Positions 55,064-64,000 of a stretch of 64,000 bases of DNA are shown here, piece by piece (within the stretch, counting starts at the first letter, position 1; each line of letters opens with the position of its first letter). Where the stretch lies: NCBI GenBank assembly GCA_963765895.1, contig CAVXZB010000078.1:21447-85446 (forward strand), read 5' to 3'. Origin of the DNA: an uncultured Nitrososphaeraceae archaeon. Lineage in GTDB: Archaea > Thermoproteota > Nitrososphaeria > Nitrososphaerales > Nitrososphaeraceae. The notes under the pieces were generated by a model. The model did not search any database. It had not been told where the DNA came from and worked only from the letters and a program-made list of their open reading frames with translations. A program made the position numbers and the translations under genes.

Positions 55064-55297
55064 TTAGTCTTGGATTAGGTCCTTCCTTTCGACTTCGATA
55101 AGGATGTCTCCCACACTGTCCTCAACTGCAATCAGTTTAACTTTGCCTAATGTTAGGATCGTATCCAGCTCATCCATCTCTATACGGCGCGATGGACTGC
55201 CTTCCCTTCTGGATACCTTTAGTAGGTAACCGTGAGGATAATTCAGAGTCGGTATTCCTCTATCCTTCAGAAATGCCTTGGCTTCCTCTGCGTTCAT
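55064..55297 (-). CDS. Hypothetical protein
   Basis: 77 aa ATG ORF with natural composition. Confidence 0.5.
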   Translation of the reverse strand: MNAEEAKAFLKDRGIPTLNYPHGYLLKVSRREGSPSRRIEMDELDTILTLGKVKLIAVEDSVGDILIEVERKDLIQD

Positions 55298-56166
55298 TTT
55301 TCAGAGGTATCTGGCCGATATCGCTTAAAAATACTACGGACTTGAAATTGCGCATTCCGTTTGTCTGTGCAGTTTGGCATTAATATGATTTCTACGATTT
55401 GGCTTTAGAAGAAAAAGGGATTACTTAGATTCCGTCAAAGTGTCTACGGCTTACTTTAGTTCATGGCTAGGCGTGCCTCTGCTATTTGAGATTTGGTCGA
55501 TAACACCGCTATTCCTAAGCCGTCAGCCACGAATGCGATCACTATTGTGTTTATCCGTCCCACGAACGCACGGAATTAAACTCAAACTTTAAGTTGCTAT
55601 ACTCTTGCGAAAGCTGTAGCTTTTTATTAAGATGTGTATAGTTAATCGATTTCTATTTTATCAGTTCTAGTTTTATATTTAAGCGATAATCTTAGTCGCC
55701 ACGTCTTGGAACTTTACTGGTTGTGGTATTTATAATTGTCTGCGATATAGCAATAAATGTAAGTCTGGTAAGTCGGGTAAAATATTCACCATTTGTACAC
55801 AACACAACATGAAGCGGGACTAGAAGATCTCCGCTGATCTGCCTACCCTACCCTGCCCTACCTCTGTCTGTTCCAAACGCTGTAGTGGTTCCCAATACCA
55901 CGATCAAGATCCAACCCAAGACGGCCATTGCGAAAATGAAAATGGCTAATTCGATCAACCTGTACGCTGCCCCGGACAATTAAAGGTCTGGTCACCGTGC
56001 GTAGAGACAAGAGCAGCGGCCGCAACTAACACAGCCGTCGCTAAATACCTTTGATTTCTTTTTTCCATTAAAAGCTCTTGGCCCAGTGGTTACTAATTAA
56101 ATCATATAACCAATTCATCCTAATTTCAGCAAATAAGAAAAATAACTATAATCGTTAACGATAACT

Positions 56167-56566
<400 letters not shown>

Positions 56567-57010
56567 CCTACGCCAGAGCATCATCATAAAGGAAACAATC
56601 AACCAACATAGATAGCAGGAGGAGAGACAACAGTAATTAAAAAGCACAAAGGACTAAAAAAGATCAAGGAACAACACGATCTCCATCGTAAGGGAGTAGC
56701 GGCTATCTATGCTGCCACTGGATTGCACACAACTTTTGTGACTATCTAAAGGATCGTTTTGATCGTTCAACAATTGAATGGTGCTGCCAACCTGAATTTT
56801 ATATGTTGGTCTTTTCTTTTTCTTTATCTTCTAACTTACGGAATTCACTATAGCTGCGCATTCTTTTATCTTCCTCTTCTCTTCCTTTAGCTTATTTGGG
56901 CCTTCGGCATTATCTCCTTATTTGTCAGTGCTATTACGTACGTTATCAATACACTTCATTCACTTAACTCTTAGGATAGTTATGGCCATTGTCTATAGTT
57001 GTAGTAAAAG

Positions 57011-57361
57011 CTAAACTCTGGTCCCACTTTCCTTATTATGTAGACAGAACTCGCTATATCCACAGGTTTTGCAAGAGCTGAATTTGAAGACAAAATTTGC
57101 GTCCTGATCTTCTATGTTTATTTTTCCTACGTTATTTGGATCATCGGGTGATGAACTCAAAGGCATTGATACTAAAGAAGGATGTCGTATCATATCCGAC
57201 GAGCATTTAGGACATTTGCTTTTAGCATCATCAGGAATTGCAAAACCACTAGCAAACCTGCTTATCTTTGATGAGACAATCTTCCTGCTCTTCTTATCTC
57301 TTGCACGTTTAAAACTTCCTTTGTCTTGAGTTTTCCCTCTACTTCTCCCCATTATTGTCAT
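57011..57361 (-). CDS. Zinc-ribbon protein with basic N-terminus
   Basis: CPKC...M...CKTCGYSEF. Confidence 0.7.
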   Translation of the reverse strand: MTIMGRSRGKTQDKGSFKRARDKKSRKIVSSKISRFASGFAIPDDAKSKCPKCSSDMIRHPSLVSMPLSSSPDDPNNVGKINIEDQDANFVFKFSSCKTCGYSEFCLHNKESGTRV

Positions 57362-57476
57362 TGATTAATAATATGCAAATTAACTGTTCCAATGATAAGT
57401 CAACGTGGTTTAGGACTTATGAAATCATATGCTGCTCCGAATTGATTCTGAAACACTAGATGAAATCGTCCTTACC

Positions 57477-58544
57477 TCAATTTACCTGGTTTTCATCATT
57501 GAAATAAGGCAATACTCTTTTGCTGAAATCCTGGATAAACTTTATTTCATCTGGACTAGTGCTATGAGGATAAAGCGTTGTATAACCTGCGTTGAAGTAT
57601 TCTTCTAATGGCTTAATACAATCTTCTATTGACGTAATTATTAGAGTTGATTGTCTTAACTTTTCATCTGATACTTCATCTTTTGCCTTTTGCTCGAGTT
57701 TCCTTGGATCACTTATGTCTAGATTAAATGCGTCTTCTAGAAGAGAAGCTCTCCAAAATTCTGTGGACTTTAGAGCTTTATCATAATCCTCAGAATATGA
57801 TACTTTTGGTTTTGCTATTTTCTCCAAAGAACCAGGATCTTTTCCTTCCTTAATTGCAACTTTATCGAATATCTCAAATGTTTCATTTGCTTTATCTGGT
57901 TTTGCCAACGTAATTAAACCATCAGTATATTTTGCAGCAGTTTCTATTGCTTGTTCTCCTATTGCTGCCATGTATAATGGTATTTTTCCTGTGGGTGGTG
58001 TGTATAGTTTTGCGTTTTTAACTTTAAAGTATTTGCCATAAAATTCTACAAATCCATTATGATCTTCGTTATTATCCTCTCCTTTTGGTGTAGTTGTTCT
58101 TCCCTGCTTCCATAATCTGCTTATGATTCTAATAGATTCAGTAGTCCTCGCAAGTCTAATATCAGCAGATGGCCAATCAAAACCTGCTGGAACTTCATTC
58201 ATAGCTTCCCCAGAACCTATACCAAGGCCTATCCTACCAGGATAAAGTACATCAAGAGATGCAAATGCTTGAGCAATGATAACAGGATTGTAGCGATAAA
58301 CAGCAGATGTAACTCCTGTTGTAAATTGCATCTTCTTAGTATGCTCAGGAGCAGCCGCTATCCAAACCCAAGTAAAATTTCCATAGCCATTGTCATGCCA
58401 CCAAGGATGGAAATGGTCACTTGTCAAACAGCTATTGAAGCCGCCTCTTTCTGCCTCAGACACAAAGTTGAGCAAATCGTGCATTGAGTATTGTTCCTGA
58501 GATGCCCAATACCCTATAGTGTTATTCTTATTATTATTACTCAT
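57477..58544 (-). CDS. F420-dependent LLM-class oxidoreductase (G6PDH-F420-like)
   Basis: ASQEQ, SDHFHPW, AQAFASL..LYPGR..LG.GSGEAMNE. Confidence 0.9.
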   Translation of the reverse strand: MSNNNKNNTIGYWASQEQYSMHDLLNFVSEAERGGFNSCLTSDHFHPWWHDNGYGNFTWVWIAAAPEHTKKMQFTTGVTSAVYRYNPVIIAQAFASLDVLYPGRIGLGIGSGEAMNEVPAGFDWPSADIRLARTTESIRIISRLWKQGRTTTPKGEDNNEDHNGFVEFYGKYFKVKNAKLYTPPTGKIPLYMAAIGEQAIETAAKYTDGLITLAKPDKANETFEIFDKVAIKEGKDPGSLEKIAKPKVSYSEDYDKALKSTEFWRASLLEDAFNLDISDPRKLEQKAKDEVSDEKLRQSTLIITSIEDCIKPLEEYFNAGYTTLYPHSTSPDEIKFIQDFSKRVLPYFNDENQVN

Positions 58545-58580
58545 ATTCTTGACCTTGATATGTGATTTACTGTCCCTTGC

Positions 58581-58868
58581 TTAGCGCACCTCTGCTTTAT
58601 TTGGTTCCCATAGTGCACATATTCCATGTGATGCTATTTCGCCAGAGCTTTTGTCGTATACATCGACTCCTTCGTCTGTCACTATGGCGCAATGATTTGG
58701 TTTCATAAAGTATATGCAATTATAACAGAAATATCCTGTATGATGATCGGAGTCTTTGAATTCTTCCATTTCCATATATCTAGCTGTTGTTTTGGATAAT
58801 TTTTTGAGTTTTGTTGCTTCTTCTGGTATATTTTGAGTAGAGTTCTTTGACATACCTATATTGATCAC
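58581..58868 (-). CDS. HiPIP-like four-cysteine protein
   Basis: CYNCIYF.....C.IV......I...GICALW; no Tat or Sec signal. Confidence 0.6.
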   Translation of the reverse strand: MINIGMSKNSTQNIPEEATKLKKLSKTTARYMEMEEFKDSDHHTGYFCYNCIYFMKPNHCAIVTDEGVDVYDKSSGEIASHGICALWEPNKAEVR

Positions 58869-58945
58869 ATCTTATATTATAGAGGTTAGTATTCCAAACC
58901 CATTATACTAATTTAGAAAACCTATCTTTTGAAAATTGTTCATCT

Positions 58946-58974
58946 ATGTATGCAATGTATGCAATGTATGCAAT
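58946..58974. repeat. 9-bp tandem repeat (TGTATGCAA)x3
   Basis: Read directly; upstream of the HiPIP-like/F420 pair. Confidence 0.8.
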
Positions 58975-60330
58975 ATGACACATGTAGCAAAAATAACGTA
59001 CTGTGTACAAATGTCCTAGCCTCCCTGAACGATTTATAATCCAACACGGATTATATACCCGTATATATAACATATACGTATTGTCAGCACGTATTACTTC
59101 CATTAGAAGATAGTATAAAAAATAAATTTTATGTGCTATTGACTGAGAAATTCAGACGGAATTTATTCATAAAGATGATCGCTAGTGATCGCTAGTGATA
59201 TCTGCCCATTATCGCCTTATGTTAATAGCATGCCGAGTATTTATGAACTTGATAAGGTTTTTCTATCATAGATTTGCATTTCGATAATAATGTATTTTCA
59301 ATACCATATTCTCCTGATGAATAGTTGTACTATGAACATAAAAGTGCCAACTATATTGCCCATTTGAAGTTTCTAATGAACGCATCGGAACGATTCTTTG
59401 ATGGATGAATAAAAGAGTTGGAACAAGTGTGTAGTTAGCGACTTATAGAAGTATTTATTTCTGATTCGATATCCTCGCAGTTAATTAGAAGGTTATATTT
59501 TTAGGTTTATAAAATGCACTCTCTCTATGCAAGCTTATAAAAAATAGAAGTTGAATCCGCTCCGATACGCGGATATAGTAACATTTTAAGACTAAAGGCG
59601 ATACTATGTCAAGATCTCCATATCCCTACTTTTACTCGTCTATTACCGTATACGGTTAGCATATAGACAACTCGTTGAGCATTTGCAGTGTTATTGTCTG
59701 CCAATCTAGCGATTCTAATACATTCTCTGTATTTGAGCTCAGTTTATCGAATACTAATTTGGCTATAAATTTAGCGACATCTCTTGAAGGGTGTGAATGG
59801 TGAGAAGGGTTTTTCAAGGTTGAGGCAGATAACTTCTTCAAAACCGCCACCGAAGCGGCAGATGAGGACACTCCAGAGGCTACTCTAGATAAAAAAATTA
59901 TTTGAATTATGGACCATAGTCCAGATTTCAAAGCAAGATAATCAAAAACAAGGAAAGAATCAGAGACGGATAAATCAACAACCAAGGACGGAGCGGCTCA
60001 AACTGCAAGTGATCCAGCGCAACAAGCAACGGAGACTGTGACGTAGAGATGGTAGTACCATCATCTTACATTTCCAAAAACCCTAGACCGTACTGGGTCT
60101 ATGATCGCCACATTACCCATTGCAATAACAATATTTTTTTCAAATATTATTTACTCTATTGTTACTATTTTACTCTGGTCTATAATATTGTCTAATACCT
60201 ATGATTTTTTACATGATATCGTTGCTAGATCTTTTTAAATTGATTTTGTACTATAAAAGTCAGCTTACTTATCCGCTTGAGTAGAAAACCTTGCTTATAT
60301 ACTTGATTTGTATCATTTTACTTATCATCC

Positions 60331-62065
60331 TTGACATTCTCTTCTCGTATCAAAATCCCTGAAAAGACAGAGATCGTATACGGTTCAGAAAATGTAATGA
60401 ATACAATATTACAATTTTTATCTAAAGCAAATACAATAAGCTCTTGTGGTGACCATAAAGCTCTTTCACTAACTATTGAAGTTGAAGAATATAGGAAATT
60501 ACTGCTTAACCTTAGAAAAAGGGGCATTAAATTAAGGTACATTACAGATATTACTAAAGACAACGTCAAGTACCTGTAAAGAGCTGATGATGAAGTTTGC
60601 ATATGAGATTAGACACTTGGATGGAATTAAAGCAAACTTTTCTGTTAGTGAAACAGAATACTTGGCTTCTGCAACTTTAGCAGAAGAGGTACAACAACCA
60701 ATTATATCAATACAACAAGTTATCTACAGTAATGTTAAAGACATTGTAGCGCAGCAGAAATATGTATTTGAGAGCTTTTGGAATAAAGCAATTCCGGCTG
60801 AAAACAGAATCAAGGAGATAGAAGAAGGATTTGTTTTGGGGAGTACAGAAGTTATCCAGATCCCATCAAGAACGAAAGAATTATTCGTTGATTTAGTAAA
60901 ATTATCTAAAGAGGAAGTATTGTTATTACTTCCTACGACTAATGCATTTCTTCGTGAACAGCGCTTAGGAATAATACAATTATTAAAAGAAGCGGCGGAA
61001 TGTAATGTAAATGTTAGGATTCTGACCCCAATTAATAACATCATTGAAGAAATTAGAAAAAATATAATGATGGCAGATCAGGCAAACAAATTTTTTGATA
61101 TTCAATCTATTGAAATACCAACTGAAGAAATCAAAGTATGTACGGTCAGTATTCTTGTAGTTGACAGAAAAGGATCCCTAGTAATAGAAAAAATAGATGA
61201 TTCAAAGGAGGATTTTATAGAAGCAATAGGATTAGCAACTTATTCTACAAGTCAACCGACTGTTTTATCATATATTTCTATCTTTGAGAGCCTGTCAAAT
61301 CAAGTAAAGTTATATGAACAGCTAAAAACTCATGGTAAAATGCAAGAAGAGTTTATTAATATTGCAAGTCACGAGCTAAGAACACCTACTCAAGCTGTTC
61401 TAACATATTCTGAGCTATTACGACGACATCCTGAGAAAAAAGAAGATATGATAGAAGCTATATATAGAAATGCCGAAAGACTTCAAAGGCTTACAAATGA
61501 TATCTTAGATGTTACGAGAATTGAAAGCAAGACATTAAAAGTAAACAAAGAGAAATTCAATTTAAGTGATTTGTTATCTAAAGTTATAGAAGACTATAAA
61601 AGTAATATTGAAAAGAACAATAGAAATGTTAGATTATCGTATAGTGAATCAAATAAAGAGACTTCTTTAGTAAATGCGGATAGAGAAAGAATTATTCAAG
61701 TCATCTCTAATCTTCTAAATAATGCTATTAAATTTACTGAAGAAAAAGGAGGAGGAGAAATATATGTCACTGCTGAAGAAAAGGAAAAAGATGATCAAGA
61801 AGTTGTTATTGTTACTATAAAAGATACTGGCGTTGGTATAGATTCTGAAATATTACCTAGACTTTTTACTAAATTTGCTACAAGGTCTCAAACAGGTACA
61901 GGACTTGGGTTATTTATTTGCAAGAGTATAATAGAAACACATGGTGGAAAAATATGGGCTGTAAATAATGCTAATAGTAAAGGAGGAGCTACCTTTGCAT
62001 TCAGCCTACCAATTAGCAAACAACAAGAGCAGCAGCCCATCTTATCTAATAACAGGCATAAATGA
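60331..62065 (+). CDS. Soluble sensor histidine kinase, frameshifted near 60574
   Basis: HELRTP, NLLNNAIKF, DTGVG, LFTKF, GTGLGL. ORFs 60331-60579 and 60587-62065 join as NVKY-CKELM when one C is removed. Confidence 0.92.
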
Positions 62066-62475
62066 TGAACAATAGAATATTACTTGTAGATAATGAGCCC
62101 GATATCGCTTTAGGATTCGAGATGGGCTTAGAAGATAATGGATTTGAAGTTGATTCATTTAACGATCCTCAAATAGCATTATCAGAATTCAGAGCTGGTT
62201 TATACGACCTGTTACTTCTTGATATCAAGATGCCCAATATGAATGGAATTGAGTTTTATCAAAAGATGAAAGAAATAGATAAAAAAGTTAAGGTCTGTTT
62301 TATCACAGCCTCTGAGATATATTATTATAAAGAGACTGCAAAAGAATTATTCCCAATACTAGGTATAAGACGTCTTATTCGAAAACCAATTAAAATAGAG
62401 GATTTAGTAAAAGAGTTGAAGCAAGAATTAGAATTCATTAATAATTATAATAAGAACAACAACAAATATAATTAG
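62062..62475 (+). CDS. Single-domain response regulator receiver
   Basis: LLVDNE, LLDIKMP, ITA, KP; overlaps the kinase stop. Confidence 0.92.
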   Translation: MMNNRILLVDNEPDIALGFEMGLEDNGFEVDSFNDPQIALSEFRAGLYDLLLLDIKMPNMNGIEFYQKMKEIDKKVKVCFITASEIYYYKETAKELFPILGIRRLIRKPIKIEDLVKELKQELEFINNYNKNNNKYN

Positions 62476-62643
62476 TTATACTAACATTACATCTAACAAC
62501 GAGTTGGAGAAATAATTATAATTGCATCTGTTCGAAATAAAATATAAGAAAAACATTATAAAAACATCTGTAGAAAAGGAGTATTATAGACGCTGTGAGA
62601 CTTTTTTCATAAGAGAGTAAATTGAGATATAATAATCTTTAAG

Positions 62644-63066
62644 TTGGATAATTATATGAAATCTTTGCAGAGTAACAGAAATAAAATAAAAGAACATCCA
62701 TATAGGATTTTATTAGTTGATGATGAACCAGATGTAACTTTAGGTTTCGAGATTGGCTTAGAAGATAATGGGTTTATAGTTGATTCATTTAATGATCCCA
62801 TATTAGCATTGTCATCTTTTAAACAAGGCTTGTATTCTTTGGCGCTTTTTGACATCAAAATGCCGAAACTGAATGGATTTGAATTGTATAGAGAAATAAG
62901 AAAAATAGATGATAAGGTTAAGATCTGTTTTATGACTGCATTTGATATACAAAATGAACAATTAAAAGAAGTACTACCTACACTAGATTTAGAAGAACCT
63001 ATTGTTATCAGAAAACCTATTAGAATAGATGACTTGATAGCAAAAATAAAAACAGAACTGTCGTAA
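62644..63066 (+). CDS. Second single-domain response regulator receiver
   Basis: LLVDDE, FDIKMP, MTA, KP. Confidence 0.92.
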   Translation: MDNYMKSLQSNRNKIKEHPYRILLVDDEPDVTLGFEIGLEDNGFIVDSFNDPILALSSFKQGLYSLALFDIKMPKLNGFELYREIRKIDDKVKICFMTAFDIQNEQLKEVLPTLDLEEPIVIRKPIRIDDLIAKIKTELS

Positions 63067-64000
63067 GATCTACAATAAAATATAGAGCATATATGTATCA
63101 AACCAGATCTCACATATCCTAAACTTGTCTCTTGAAGAAAATTGTAACAGGTTTATGATATTCGCATCGATTAATTGTCATTTCTGGCTAGTATGCTCGA
63201 AAAAGAACTTGTAGTCTTTAACAAAAATAAAGATCTACATGATGGTAAAGGAGGCAGGGACAGGGATCAAGAAATGACTAGCAAAGGCACATATAAAAGC
63301 CATATATAACGATAATGGTTTCATATCTACGCAGGAGCTTAAGGAATTAATAGATTCATTGCACGCTGCTCCAGAAGGAACCACTTTATTACATTCAGAC
63401 GCAGAGCAAGTGGCAGTACGCGAAAGCCTTCTGTACAGGTGTTTCCAATAGGAGATATAATTAATTGAATTCGCTCCAATTGTGATACCTTATGTTTTTG
63501 TTGTGCTTTACAACTAATATTACACACCGACTTATACAAAATAGGTATTAACCATTTAACAGATTTTGTAAAAGCAAGATGTATTCCTCATATCGCTATT
63601 GATTTGTAGGACAAGAAATAAAGAAAGTTATATAATGCTGGATGCCGAAAAAATGAATATTGCTTACACAAACTAAAACCCATTATTCTCATCCAATTTC
63701 GGGAAAAGGGATTAGTTCATTTAATTATTCTTATAGTAGCAATGGTGATCGCCTTCATAGTCAGCAACATTTTACTGAGTCTTTTACTCTCTCACTGATC
63801 CCAACTACATACAAAATTAGGGATCAAATTTAGTTAGCATCACAGAAACGGAAGCAAAAGTATCTCTAAAACCACCATATATCAGACAACAGGCCTAATA
63901 GGGAATGAAAGAGAAGGAGAGTAGAAGAGATTGAAGCAAAAAAATTTGGTAATTCTTACCAAGATACTGAGTAAGTACAACAGTTAATTCCCCAAGTGAT

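Noticed and set aside
59607-60047. Possible gene on either strand
   Set aside because: Several in-frame stops on plus, low-information ORF on minus; no motif.

Overview
AT-rich archaeal DNA. The gene repertoire (stand-alone HTH_45-type winged helices, soluble His kinase plus single-domain receivers, class III cyclase, GINS B-domain protein, F420-dependent LLM enzyme, intron-containing tRNA, non-SSV tyrosine integrase) best fits a low-GC soil ammonia-oxidising archaeon (Nitrososphaeraceae); this assignment is inference. The window is gene-sparse accessory chromosome with many remnants. Main points: (i) a two-gene proteasome operon (27479-28755) whose beta subunit has no propeptide (Met-Thr1) but a full catalytic set, and whose alpha subunit has lost three of the four YD-P-Y gate residues; (ii) a signal-peptide gene whose predicted mature product is His-Ser-Asp-Asn-Asn-His27-Asn (4510-4710); (iii) a ~14 kb element integrated at tRNA-Pro(GGG), with integrase, SF3-like helicase carrying opposed iteron-like triplets, and a degenerate attR at ~54750 followed by an older integrase stub; (iv) an XPB-like helicase fused to a SWIM finger; (v) a HiPIP-like four-Cys protein upstream of an F420 oxidoreductase. 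About a dozen otherwise intact genes have single-base frameshifts, probably sequencing or assembly indels, so pseudogene calls are tentative. All family assignments come from motif recognition by eye; no searches were run.
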